Below the pieces are notes generated by a model that was not told where the DNA came from, made no database searches, and saw only the letters and a list, made by a program, of their open reading frames with translations. This document shows positions 32,882 through 42,922 of a stretch of 64,000 bases of DNA, piece by piece. Source of the DNA: Dehalococcoidia bacterium (GTDB taxonomy: Bacteria; Chloroflexota; Dehalococcoidia; Lucifugimonadales; UBA3495); contig CBDCPE010000004.1 of NCBI GenBank assembly GCA_965220055.1, positions 3,628,962 through 3,692,961 on the forward strand, read 5' to 3'. The position numbers and the translations under genes were made by a program. How positions within the stretch are numbered: position 1 is the first letter of the stretch; every line of letters begins with the position of its first letter.

Positions 32882-33758
32882 GAGGGTGTCTAAAAAGGTT
32901 GGAATTGGGGTAGAGGTATCCAGGCGTGATAAGGGGGTTGGTCATAACGTTGGGGTATGAAACGACCAGCCTATCCCAGCGACCTCAGCGACCGAGAATG
33001 GCAACTGCTCGAGCCCCTGTTGCCACCCCCCAAACCGGGCGGCCGACCGATCACCTACCCCCGGCGGGAGATCGTCAACGCGACCCGCTACGTGCTGCGC
33101 ACTGGTTGCTCCTGGCGGATGCTGCCCCATGACCTGCCGCCGTGGCGCATCGTGTTCCATTACTTCCGTACCTGGCGTCGTGATGGCGCCTGGCAACGGG
33201 TACATGGCACCCTGCACGCCGAGCTGCGCCAGGCTCAGGGTCGCCAGGCCAGTCCCAGCGCGGCCATCATCGACAGCCAATCGGTGAAGACCACGGAAAA
33301 AGGGGGCCTCGGGGTTACGACGCCGGCAAGAAGGTGAAGGGCCGCAAGCGCCACATCGTGGTGGATACCCTGGGGCTGCCGCTGGCGGTGGCAGTGCATC
33401 CCGCCGACATTCAGGACCGGGACGGCGCCCGGTTGGTACTGACCCGGCTGCTCGGCCGTTTCCCTCGACTACAGCTGATCTGGGCTGATGGGGCCTACGG
33501 CGGCAAATTGGTAGAGTGGGCCAGGACGGTGGGCGGCTGGACCCTGGAGTTGGTGCGGCGCCCAGCACAGCAGCATACCTTTCAGGTCCTGCCCCGGCGG
33601 TGGGTCGTGGAGCGCACCTTCGGTTGGCTGAACCTGCAACGGCGGTTGAGCAAGGACTACGCAGCATTGTGTGAAACCACCGAAACCTGGATTTACATCG
33701 CAATGACCGGCCTCACCCTGCGCAGACTGGCCCGCCTTCCCCATTTTTAGACACCCTC
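32882..33758 (+). mobile_element. IS5-family (IS427-group) insertion sequence, 877 bp
   Basis: Perfect 15-bp IRs gagggtgtctaaaaa and tttttagacaccctc, flanked by TAA on both sides (32879-32881, 33759-33761). Confidence 0.9.
32957..33750 (+). CDS. IS5-family transposase made by programmed -1 frameshift (orfA 32957-33337, orfB to 33750)
   Basis: Slippery A5G5 at 33297-33306. The fused product reads [32 protein letters not shown]...WADGAYGG...VVERTFGWL, as in frameshifting IS5-family transposases. Confidence 0.85.
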
Positions 33759-33829
33759 TAAGACTTCCTCCCGGGACCACTTGTGCTTCGTATGGATGGC
33801 CTTGCATAACTGTAGGGTATCATTCTCCT

Positions 33830-34261
33830 GTGGCTTCATTAACTTTTTTGCTCTTATCCTTTTGGCACGTCGTAGGGCGGGGTGCGAAGGGTGTACATGC
33901 AATTTGGCGCGCACGCCCGAGCGGGGAATCTCGCCTACGCGCTACGGCAGTCGCTTGCAACGGTTGGTTGCATGATCATCAAAAGATTATCACCTGGTAC
34001 TTGTTTGCGGCGCTGATCGCACGTACCTTGGTGAAAATTGGTTCGTTCGTCGCCATCGGTCTCTTGCTTTGGGACGGTGTTCCAGGTACCAGGTTTGATG
34101 GGATCCCTCGGGGCGTGTCGATCCCTTCGTTGGCACTGTTCGGGTTAGTTTCGGCGCCGATTTTCGTGATAGGAATCTACCAGGACATGGAGAAGGTGAA
34201 ACGGTGGGGAGACAGACGAGCTCAACGCACTGCGGTGTTGGACGATGTGGATTTGAGATGA
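33830..34261 (+). CDS. Hypothetical membrane protein
   Basis: Two clear hydrophobic helices in an AT-richer patch next to the IS. The start is uncertain. Confidence 0.25.
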   Translation: MASLTFLLLSFWHVVGRGAKGVHAIWRARPSGESRLRATAVACNGWLHDHQKIITWYLFAALIARTLVKIGSFVAIGLLLWDGVPGTRFDGIPRGVSIPSLALFGLVSAPIFVIGIYQDMEKVKRWGDRRAQRTAVLDDVDLR

Positions 34262-34536
34262 CGACGGTCAACATGGACATATGCCCTCCAGTTGACCTCG
34301 ACCAAGGTGCGAAGCAGTCCGGGGAATGATGATGTGGAAGTGCCTACTCAGCACACCTCCGGGTATGGGGGATCCTGCAACGTTTCTCCTTGTGCAATTG
34401 TTGCAAAACGCTGGTTTGGTGCTGATCCCAGCCGCGCTTCCGTCTCGGTGAATCTACCGGCCCACAATCTCGCCGACAATCGCGCACTCCGTCGGTGGTG
34501 CAAGACTGGTCGGCGGGTCACCCGTATTCGTTTTTT

Positions 34537-35900
34537 CTAACCTGCTAGAGGGTCGCCAATCGCACGAAAGTCCAGGCAGGGACCGCATCGTTTCATCGAT
34601 ACGGCCCCGAGCCGGTAAGGCACCAACCGGCGCGCCCAAGTTCCTCGCGCGCCCGGCGAGCCAGACGAATACCGCGCTGGCCGCAAGGTAGCGGCGAACA
34701 CTCGGAAAGCAGCCTCCAGGCTTCCGACCTGGTCGTAAACGAACGCGGCGAACAATGGCCCGCCGATGCTGGCGATGAGGTAGAAGGGGCTCATCACTCC
34801 TCTGATCGTACCCTGGTGACGCCGACCGAAATGCGCCGCCCACAGCAGGGGCCCAATCACCACCAGCGAACCTCCGGTGAGACCGTACATCACCCCGAAC
34901 GTGCCGTACAGCTGGCACATGCTCGTAGAGCCAACGCCGGCTAATATGCTGACGGCCTCAATATCAGGGCGATTATGGCCAGCATCCAGATCGAGTAACG
35001 GTCTGCCAGAAATCCCCAGGCCAGCTTGGCCGCGATAGCGCAAATGCCGTAGATCCCGAAGGAGATCCCCGCCTGCACCGCGGAAAATCCGAGATCCGTC
35101 GCGTAGGGGATCCGGTGGATGATCAGGGCGCCGAGCGACATGCCGGCCAACACCTCATAGGCAACGAGCAGCCAGAACGCCGGGGCGCGCACCGCCTGTC
35201 GTACCGTCCAACTCACCTCTCCAGTCGGGTCCTGCCGTTCACCACCGGGCTCCTGCCCTTCGTCAGGATCTGACGACTCGACGCGGGTGCCACCGTCCGG
35301 CAGCAATCCCATATCTTCCGGCTGCCGGCGCAGCCAGAGCAGGGAAGGCGGCACAACGACGATCCAGGGAACGAAACCGAGGAAGAACCAGGCGGTTCGC
35401 CATCCGAATACTTGGATCAGGAACAATATCAGGGGTGTCAACGCCACCGCGCCCACGTTGAGTCCGGCGGTTGCAATGCCGGTGGCCCGGCCCCGATGAC
35501 GAATGAACCACTTGGCGATGGTCGGGCTGACCACGCCGTAACCGAGCCCCGGAACGCCGAAGGTGCCGATGACACCGTAAAACAGGACAAACTGCCAAAT
35601 CTCCCGGGTTTGGGACAGGAGCATCAGCGAAATGCCCAATACGACGGCGCTGCCTGCCATCAGGAATCGGGGACCGTAGCGGTCCACAGCATATCCGGCG
35701 ACGGGGTATACACCGGCGCTGACCAGGTCTCTCGCGAGGAGCGCGGCGGTCATGACGGTGCGGCTCCATCCCAGCTCCTCGATCATCGGCTTGAAGAAGA
35801 AACCGAAGGTCTGGGCACCCAACCCTACCCGCATACCCTGGCTCAAGAACCCGCAGACGACGATATACCACCCGTGAAATATTTTTGGGTTTGAGTTCAC
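34537..35900 (-). pseudogene. MFS transporter (oxalate/formate-antiporter-like), frameshifted near 34941-34960
   Basis: The two overlapping ORFs (34941-35975 and 34537-35043) together give a 12-TM MFS layout, with N-terminus FHGWYIVVCGFLSQG. This may be a true frameshift or an assembly error. Confidence 0.6.
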
Positions 35901-36186
35901 TGTGAGCCTGATGCAGAGGTCATGATCCAGCGGGCGCCATCGGATGCGCTGGCGGAACAATCGGGCGCACAACAATATGATCGGCCCCCGCCAGTGTCAA
36001 CTCCGATAAAGTCGGCTCTTACATGAAATCCACCCGCTCATCCACAGCATGGGAGCGTATCTCTGCCACGGTGCCGAGGCCTGTGGACACTCCCGGATCT
36101 CGTTTTGTTGCGTAAGGCTGTTTGAGTCCAGCGCTGTCCGTGGACCCCTATACAGCCCTTCCCAATAGGGGACTTCCCGGTTGGAC

Positions 36187-36235
36187 GTAACAACTTTGTA
36201 ACATTTCCGTCATTAGTACGTAACACGGGAAATCC
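36187..36235 (+). promoter_or_regulatory. Five pentamers phased at exactly 11 bp (GTAAC-n6-GTAAC-n6-GTCAT-n6-GTAAC-n6-AATCC) upstream of amt
   Basis: Read directly from the sequence. Lies 140-190 nt upstream of the amt start. The architecture resembles OmpR-family GlnR boxes (gTnAc-n6-GaAAc). Confidence 0.35.
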
Positions 36236-36376
36236 AAACTGATTCAGTAAATTTTCGCGCCGACAAATGCATGCCAGCGCAACCGTTGACGGTACAGCCA
36301 CCCGCTTTCGGGCGGGCCGTAGCGGGGTCCTAGCGAAAAAGCATCTGCCGGTCGCCAATAGTGGGGAGATAGAGAT

Positions 36377-37594
36377 ATGGAGTTCTCCGAGCTGGAAGTA
36401 TTCTCCTTCCTGATTTCAGCTGCCCTGGTGTTCCTTATGGTGCCCGGCCTGGCGCTGTTCTACGGCGGTCTGGTCCGCCATAAGAACGTGATCGGCACCA
36501 TGATGCACTCCGTCACGGCCATTGGAGTGGTCAGCGTACTCTGGGTCCTCTGGGGATACAGCCTGGCCTTCAGCACCAGCGTTGGCGGTCTGGGTTTCGT
36601 CGGCGGCCTCACCAAGTTCGGCATGGTGGGCGTCGGACTGGACGAACAGGCATTCATGATCTTCCAGGGAATGTTCGCCATCATCACCGTGGCACTCATC
36701 GCCGGCGGCTTTGCCGAGCGGTTCAAGTTCAAGTCCTACATCATCTTCGCCGCCCTCTGGGTGACTATCGTGTACGCCCCGCTGTGCCACTGGGTCTGGG
36801 GTGGCGGTTGGCTCGGAAACCTGGGCAGTGTCCTGGGGATGAGCGAATCCGGATTCGCCCTCGACTTCGCCGGCGGCACCGTGGTCCACATCGCGTCGGG
36901 CACGGCTGCCCTGGCGGCCGCGCTCATAGTGGGACGCCGCAGCGGTTTCGGCACTACCACCATCACGCCGGGCAACGTGCCGCTGGTCCTTCTGGGAGCC
37001 GGCCTGCTGTGGTTCGGATGGTTCGGGTTCAACGCTGGCAGCAGCTTCGACCTGACAACGGACAGTGCCGCAAACGCCTTCGTTGTAACCAACGTGGCGG
37101 CAGCCACCGCCATGTCCTCATGGTCAATCATCTCCTGGTTCATCACCAAGCGCCCATCCGCCAGCGGCGCCGCGGCTGGAGCCGTGGCCGGCCTGGTGGC
37201 GATCACCCCCGCCGCCGGCTTTGTCGGCGTCATGCCGGCCATCATCATCGGCGCCGGCGCCGGAGGAGCCTGCTTCATCGCCGTAGAGCTGATACACCGG
37301 TTCCGCATCGACGACTCTCTCGACGTGTTCGGCATCCACGGCATCGGCGGTATGTGGGGCGCATTGGCCACCGGAATCTTCGTCGGCATCGGCTTCGGCG
37401 CTTTGGAGGCCGACGTCACCCGCATTGAACAGGTCCTCTATCAAATCATCGGCATCGCCGCCGCCTTCGCCTGGTCCTTCGTGGTCTCCGCCATCATTCT
37501 GCTGGCCCTGAAGTACACCATCGGCCTGCGCGTCACTGACCAGGAAGAAGAGATCGGCATCGACCTCACCCAGCACGGGGAGGGAATGAACTAA
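36377..37594 (+). CDS. amt: Ammonium transporter
   Basis: LISAALVFLMVPGLALFYGGLVR, CHWVWGGGWL, DFAGGTVVH, FGWFGFNAG and DVFGIHGIGGMWG. GGGGAG SD. Confidence 0.92.
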   Translation: MEFSELEVFSFLISAALVFLMVPGLALFYGGLVRHKNVIGTMMHSVTAIGVVSVLWVLWGYSLAFSTSVGGLGFVGGLTKFGMVGVGLDEQAFMIFQGMFAIITVALIAGGFAERFKFKSYIIFAALWVTIVYAPLCHWVWGGGWLGNLGSVLGMSESGFALDFAGGTVVHIASGTAALAAALIVGRRSGFGTTTITPGNVPLVLLGAGLLWFGWFGFNAGSSFDLTTDSAANAFVVTNVAAATAMSSWSIISWFITKRPSASGAAAGAVAGLVAITPAAGFVGVMPAIIIGAGAGGACFIAVELIHRFRIDDSLDVFGIHGIGGMWGALATGIFVGIGFGALEADVTRIEQVLYQIIGIAAAFAWSFVVSAIILLALKYTIGLRVTDQEEEIGIDLTQHGEGMN

Positions 37595-37671
37595 TCACCT
37601 GGACTCCCGGTCGGCAATACCAGACACCGATGCTAACTCGCACAAAAATGGTCGCAAAGGAGGAACCCAGT

Positions 37672-39096
37672 ATGACCCCGAGAGAAGTCATCGAGTTTTG
37701 CAAGTCCAGCAACATCGGCATCATTGACCTGCGGTTCACCGACTTGCCAGGCACGTTTCAGCACCTCTCCATACCCCTGAGCGAGCTCAGCGAGGACAAC
37801 ATGGCCGAAGGGTACGGCTTCGACGGCTCCAGCATCCGCGGTTTCAAGTCCATCGACGAAAGCGATATGCTGTTGACCCCCGACGCCAGCACCGCCGCCG
37901 TCGACCCGTTTTTCAAGATCCCCACTCTCCACATGATCTGCGATATCCTCGACCCGGTAACCCGCGAGTCCTACAGCCGCGACCCGCGCCACGTCGCCCA
38001 CAAGGCCGAGGCCTACCTCAGGGCGAGCGGCATCGCCGACACCAGTTACTGGGGCCCTGAGCCCGAGTTCTTCGTCTTCGAATCCGCTCGCTTCGACCAG
38101 AACATCAACTCCGGTTATTACTTCATCGACTCCGACGAAGGCTTCTGGAACACCGGCGCCGAGTGGACCATCGACGGCGGCAACAACCTGGCCTACCGCC
38201 CCCGCAACAAGGAAGGCTACTTCCCCACCCCTCCGTTCGACACCTTCCAGGACATCCGCTCCGAGATGGTGCAAAAGATCGAGCACTTCGGGATCATCGT
38301 CGAAAAGCACCACCACGAGGTGGCTACCGCCGGCCAGGCCGAGATCGACGTCCGCTACGACACCCTGACCACCATGGCCGACACCGTAACCATCCTGAAA
38401 TACGTGGTGAAGAACGTGGCCAAGGACCACGGCAAGGTCGCCACCTTCATGCCCAAGCCTCTCTTCGGCGACAACGGCACCGGCATGCACACCCACCAAA
38501 GCCTGTGGAAGGACGGGTCCAACCTGTTCTATGATGCCAACGGCTACGCCATGCTGTCCGCCACCTGCCGGCACTACATCGGAGGTCTGCTGCAGCGCGC
38601 GCCGGCCCTGCTGGCCTTCGCGGCGCCCACCACCAACAGCTACAAGCGCCTGGTGCCCGGCTTCGAGGCTCCGGTGAACCTGGTCTACTCGGTGCGCAAC
38701 CGCTCGGCTTGCATCCGCATCCCGACATACTCCAACAGCCCGGCGGCCCGCCGCCTGGAGTTCCGCGCTCCTGACCCGTCCTGCAACCCCTACATTGCCT
38801 TCGCCGCCATGCTCATGGCCGGCATCGACGGTGTGATCAACGAGATCGAGCCGCCGGACCCCGTGGACCAGAACCTCTACGAGATGTCCGCGGCCGATCT
38901 GGCCATGATCCGCCAGGTTCCCGGCTCGCTGGACGAGGCCCTCGGCGCCCTCGAGCGCGACAACGAGTTCCTCATGCGGGGCGGCGTCTTCACCGACGAC
39001 CTCATCGAGACCTGGCTGGACTACAAGAAGAACGACGTGGACGACCTGCGTCTGCGCCCTCATCCGATCGAATTCTTCAAGTACTTCGACGCCTAG
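37672..39096 (+). CDS. glnA: Glutamine synthetase, type I
   Basis: DLRFTDLPG, GFDGSSIRGF, FGDNGTGMHTHQSLW, NSYKRLVPGFEAPV, RIP...RLEFRAPD.S.NPY. AAGGAGG SD precedes the Met at 37672. Confidence 0.92.
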   Translation: MTPREVIEFCKSSNIGIIDLRFTDLPGTFQHLSIPLSELSEDNMAEGYGFDGSSIRGFKSIDESDMLLTPDASTAAVDPFFKIPTLHMICDILDPVTRESYSRDPRHVAHKAEAYLRASGIADTSYWGPEPEFFVFESARFDQNINSGYYFIDSDEGFWNTGAEWTIDGGNNLAYRPRNKEGYFPTPPFDTFQDIRSEMVQKIEHFGIIVEKHHHEVATAGQAEIDVRYDTLTTMADTVTILKYVVKNVAKDHGKVATFMPKPLFGDNGTGMHTHQSLWKDGSNLFYDANGYAMLSATCRHYIGGLLQRAPALLAFAAPTTNSYKRLVPGFEAPVNLVYSVRNRSACIRIPTYSNSPAARRLEFRAPDPSCNPYIAFAAMLMAGIDGVINEIEPPDPVDQNLYEMSAADLAMIRQVPGSLDEALGALERDNEFLMRGGVFTDDLIETWLDYKKNDVDDLRLRPHPIEFFKYFDA

Positions 39097-39213
39097 TCGC
39101 GACACTGTCGTCGTCGACGAACCGTGCAGGGGCGGGTATGACCCGCCCCTACTGGTACAATGCCCCGGAGAAAACCCGGTGTGTCGGGACGACCATCTTC
39201 CAGGAGACCACCC

Positions 39214-40554
39214 GTGCTGACTGACCACCACGCCGCCGAGCGCGAGTACGTGCTCCGCAGCGCCCGCGATTTCGACGTCAAATTCATTCGCCTGTGGTTC
39301 ACCGATATCCTCGGCAACCTCAAGGGATTCGCCATTACCGTGGACGATCTGGAGGATGCCCTGGAGCTGGGCGTCGGATTCGACGGCGCAGCCATCGAGG
39401 GTTACAGCACCGACACGGAAAGCGACATGCGGGCTTTCCCAGACCCGACCACCTTCACCCTCCTGCCCTGGCGGCCCCGGCGCAACGCCGTGGCCCGCAT
39501 CTTCTGCGACGTCCGTACCCCCAGGGGAGAGCCGTTCATAGGCGATCCACGCCACGTGTTGAAGCGTAATTTGGAACGTCTGGCCAGCCTGGGATACATA
39601 TATTACGTCGGCCCGGAGCTTGAATACTTCTACTTCCGGGACGCCGCAACGCCAGAGCCTCTGGACACCTACGGATATTACGACCAGCTTTCCAGTCACC
39701 CGGCCTCCGACTTGCGTCGCGACACCGTGCTCAACCTCGCTGAAATGGGCATTCCCGTCAAGTATTCCCACCACGAGGGCGCGCCCAGCCAGCACGAAAT
39801 CGACCTCCAATACACCGACGCCCTGACCATGGCCGACAACGTGATGACCGCCCGGATGGTTATCAAAGAACTGGCCCAGCAACAGGGCGTCTATGCCTCC
39901 TTCATGCCGAAACCGTTTTCCACTTCCAACGGCAGCGGTATGCATACCCACCAGTCGCTGTTCCGCGGCAACAGCAACGCCTTCTATGACCCGGACGACG
40001 ACCTTCATCTGTCCGTGATCGGCAAGCGATTCATCGCCGGCCTCCTGCGCCACGCTCCGGAAATCACCCTGGTGACCAACCAGTGGGTCAACTCCTACAA
40101 GCGGCTGGTGCCTGGGTACGAGGCACCGGTGCATGTGTCCTGGACCATGTCCAACCGCCTGGATTTGATTCGGGTTCCCTCGTACAAGGCAGGCTACGAA
40201 ACCTCGCTGCGCGTCGAGTACCGCGCCCCTGACCCGGCCTGCAACCCGTACCTGGCTTTCAGCGTATTGCTCGCCGCCGGCCTGAAGGGGATCGAGGACG
40301 AGTATCCGGTGCCCTCACCAATCACGGGCGATGTCATGTCCATGTCCCCGGAAGAGCGCACCGCTCGCGGCATCGGACGCCTACCCACCAGCATGGGCGA
40401 GGCAATCGCGTTGGCGGAAAATAGTGAACTTCTGCGCAAGACTCTCGGCGATTTCGTCTATGAAACCCTGATCCGCAACAAGAAGCAGGAGTGGGAGGAA
40501 TATCGCTCTACGGTTACCGACTACGAGATTTCACGATACCTGCCTTTGCTGTAG
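39214..40554 (+). CDS. Second glutamine synthetase paralog (type I, GlnA2/GSI-alpha-like)
   Basis: IRLWFTDILG, GFDGAAIEGY, NGSGMHTHQSLF, NSYKRLVPGYEAPV, RVEYRAPDPACNPY. GTG start with AGGAG SD. Confidence 0.85.
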   Translation: MLTDHHAAEREYVLRSARDFDVKFIRLWFTDILGNLKGFAITVDDLEDALELGVGFDGAAIEGYSTDTESDMRAFPDPTTFTLLPWRPRRNAVARIFCDVRTPRGEPFIGDPRHVLKRNLERLASLGYIYYVGPELEYFYFRDAATPEPLDTYGYYDQLSSHPASDLRRDTVLNLAEMGIPVKYSHHEGAPSQHEIDLQYTDALTMADNVMTARMVIKELAQQQGVYASFMPKPFSTSNGSGMHTHQSLFRGNSNAFYDPDDDLHLSVIGKRFIAGLLRHAPEITLVTNQWVNSYKRLVPGYEAPVHVSWTMSNRLDLIRVPSYKAGYETSLRVEYRAPDPACNPYLAFSVLLAAGLKGIEDEYPVPSPITGDVMSMSPEERTARGIGRLPTSMGEAIALAENSELLRKTLGDFVYETLIRNKKQEWEEYRSTVTDYEISRYLPLL

Positions 40555-40584
40555 ACCCGGTATCCCCCGTCAGAGAGGCCACAC

Positions 40585-41340
40585 ATGCAATTCTCCGGGA
40601 AACTGGTCATCATCGCCGCGCTGGCGGTGACGGTGTTGCTGGTCAGCAACATCATTGCCATCAAGCCGGTTACGCTGTTCACCCTGCCGTTCAACTTTAT
40701 CGGCAGCGACCTGTTCGTCGTGTCGGCGGCCATCGTCTGCTTTCCCGTCGGCTACATCATCAGCGACATCCTGACCGAGGTGTACGGGTTCCGGGTGGCC
40801 CGCGGCGTCATCTGGCTGGGGTTCGTGTGCAATCTGCTGATGGTGGTCCTCTTCTGGGTCGGAGACATGATTCCCGGCGCGTTCTTCTGGGAAAACCAGG
40901 AGGAATATCAGACCATCCTGGGGGCCACTGGCTGGATTATGCTGGGTTCGTTCGTCGCCTATATCGTCGGCGAGTTCACCAACGCCGTGGTGATGGTGCT
41001 GCTGAAGAACCGCACCCAAGGCCGTTACCTCTGGCTCCGCACCATATCCTCCACAGTGGTAGGCCAAGGCATCGACTCCATCCTGTTTTTCACCATCGCC
41101 TTTGGAGTTTCGGGCTTGTGGGTCGACCCCGACGGCTCATGGTCGCCGGTGTTCAACGCCGCTATATGCGCGTGGATCGCCAAGTCGGTTTACGAGATCG
41201 TCGCCACGCCGCTCACCTACATCGTGGTCGGCTGGCTGAAGCGTACCGAGCAAATGGACGTTTACGATGCGCCGCGCTCGCTGAACCCGTTCGGTGTGTT
41301 CGGCAGCGGCGACACCAACGCCGCGGCTTCCCGAGCCTGA
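40585..41340 (+). CDS. YhhQ/DUF165-family queuosine-precursor transporter
   Basis: FPVGYIISDILTEVYGFRVARGVIWLGF is the hallmark YhhQ block. Six-TM layout. Confidence 0.75.
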   Translation: MQFSGKLVIIAALAVTVLLVSNIIAIKPVTLFTLPFNFIGSDLFVVSAAIVCFPVGYIISDILTEVYGFRVARGVIWLGFVCNLLMVVLFWVGDMIPGAFFWENQEEYQTILGATGWIMLGSFVAYIVGEFTNAVVMVLLKNRTQGRYLWLRTISSTVVGQGIDSILFFTIAFGVSGLWVDPDGSWSPVFNAAICAWIAKSVYEIVATPLTYIVVGWLKRTEQMDVYDAPRSLNPFGVFGSGDTNAAASRA

Positions 41341-41689
41341 ACTCGGCCACGAGTTCCGCGTATGGCCGACCAAGAGCCTGACCACGGCCATCCCCACGAC
41401 CACCAACACGGCGGCCCCGAAAGCCTGGGCGCACCGTTCGCGAACCTCCGGGGCACCGGGTTGCCGTGGCGCAAGGTAGTGGCGCTGGTGGTCTCCAATA
41501 CGCGGCGAAAGGTGGTTTCGCGGCGCGGCTGCTGCGGAAACCACGGCCAACCCGGCTGTTGACGCCGCTGATCTCGCGCCGGCGTGACCGGCGCTTACGC
41601 GAGGCCCCCACTTCCAAAAGGGCTCCGAACCTCGATATGTTACGATTGGGTTAGCCGCCATTGCATATCGACAGAAAGGAGCCTGACTG

Positions 41690-42397
41690 ATGCACTCCGA
41701 ACAGCGCCGGGTAGCCGACGACGGCCTTCATTACCTCGTCATCTTCCCCGACGAATATGACGCCGACGCCCGCTACCCGCTGGTCGTCATGCTGCACGGT
41801 TTTGGCGCCAACATGCAGGACCTCGCCGGCCTCGCTCCGTCGATCAACCGCAAGGGCTACGTGTACGTTTGTCCCAACGCGCCGATCCCTTTCGAGTTGG
41901 CTCCCGGGATGACCGGCTACGGTTGGCATCCGCCGCGCGGTCAGGCGACCGATGAGCATTTCGACCAGGCCGAGTCGCTCCTCGACGCCTTCTTCACCGA
42001 GGCGCTGAACGAGTTCAAGGCCGAGGAAAACCGCGCCGTTTTGCTCGGCTTCTCCCAGGGCGGCGGCATGACGTACCGCATGGGTTTGGAACGGCCGGAC
42101 AAGTTCGTGGCCCTGGTCGCTCTCAGCGCCTCCCTGCCGGACCCGGAGATCCTGCGCCCACGGCTGCCCGACCACCGCGAGCAGCCGGTTTTCGTGGCCC
42201 ACGGTCTCCACGACCAGATGGTCTCGATGGACAGCGCGCGCCGCACCCGCGAGTTCCTCGACGCGGAGAACTACAACCTGTCCTACCACGAATACAATAT
42301 GGGCCACGAAATACCCGCGGAAGTCCTGCGCGACATGGTCCCCTGGATGGAGGCCCTCCTGCCTCCGCTCGTCGCCGAAACCGACCGCATCTTCTAG
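41690..42397 (+). CDS. Alpha/beta hydrolase, phospholipase/carboxylesterase family
   Basis: LVVMLHGFGAN, nucleophile elbow GFSQGG, late HG..D and H residues. Confidence 0.75.
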   Translation: MHSEQRRVADDGLHYLVIFPDEYDADARYPLVVMLHGFGANMQDLAGLAPSINRKGYVYVCPNAPIPFELAPGMTGYGWHPPRGQATDEHFDQAESLLDAFFTEALNEFKAEENRAVLLGFSQGGGMTYRMGLERPDKFVALVALSASLPDPEILRPRLPDHREQPVFVAHGLHDQMVSMDSARRTREFLDAENYNLSYHEYNMGHEIPAEVLRDMVPWMEALLPPLVAETDRIF

Positions 42398-42417
42398 AGC
42401 CCGAAGAGCATTGCTTG

Positions 42418-42890
42418 ACATGGATGCACAGGATGGACAGGATAACGGCGAGGAGATGCTTTTTCGTGAATTAACCAGGGCGATACTGGGTTGCGCTTTC
42501 GACGTGATTAATGAGCTTGGTTCGGGGTTTTTGGAATCAGTGTACGAAAAATCAATGGTAGTGGCGCTTGAGGAGTCCGGCGTTACAGTTCAAGCTCAAG
42601 CACCGATAAACGTCAATTTTCGCGGTAGGGCCGTGGGTGACTGTTACGCCGATTTGTTAGTGGACCAAAAAGTAATCGTCGAGCTAAAAGCGGTTTCTTC
42701 CCTGACCCCGCAACACGAAGCCCAGATAATCAATTACCTTACGGCTACGGGCATCCCTGTCGGGTTGTTACTGAATTTTGGCAATCCCAAACTGCAATAT
42801 CGTCGTTTCACACGAAAATGAAGCAGGCTCACAAACTTGGCTGCACGTTTGATGGCCCAATCCGATCCTGTATATCCTGTGCATCCATGT
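42418..42890. other. 473-bp cassette bounded by 26-nt inverted repeats (24/26 match) and carrying only the GxxExxY gene
   Basis: The left end acatggatgcacaggatggacaggat (42418-42443) pairs with the right end atcctgtatatcctgtgcatccatgt (42865-42890). The interior is AT-richer than the flanks. Confidence 0.6.
42456..42821 (+). CDS. GxxExxY protein (PD-(D/E)xK nuclease superfamily)
   Basis: LGSGFLESVYEKSM carries GxxExxY. Then DLLVDQKVIVELKA carries D...ExK, followed by INYL and GLLLNFG. Confidence 0.8.
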   Translation: MLFRELTRAILGCAFDVINELGSGFLESVYEKSMVVALEESGVTVQAQAPINVNFRGRAVGDCYADLLVDQKVIVELKAVSSLTPQHEAQIINYLTATGIPVGLLLNFGNPKLQYRRFTRK

Positions 42891-42922
42891 AAGACACGAG
42901 CCCGTACTGAGGTTTCTCAAAC

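Noticed and set aside
37633-40134. 833-aa ORF on the minus strand spanning both glutamine synthetase genes
   Set aside because: It is antisense to two genes with unmistakable GS motifs. Its translation is low-complexity (G/V/A/H/D-rich) with no motif. Long antisense ORFs are expected in high-GC coding DNA.
40555-40584. preQ1 riboswitch upstream of the YhhQ-type queuosine-precursor transporter
   Set aside because: Only 30 nt separate it from the glnA2 stop, and the sequence does not resemble the preQ1-I consensus I know.
41137-41661. 174-aa minus-strand ORF between yhhQ and the esterase
   Set aside because: Its 3' part overlaps the yhhQ coding region antisense. The remainder is Arg/Ala/Gly-rich without motifs. 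A small real gene in 41350-41650 cannot be excluded.
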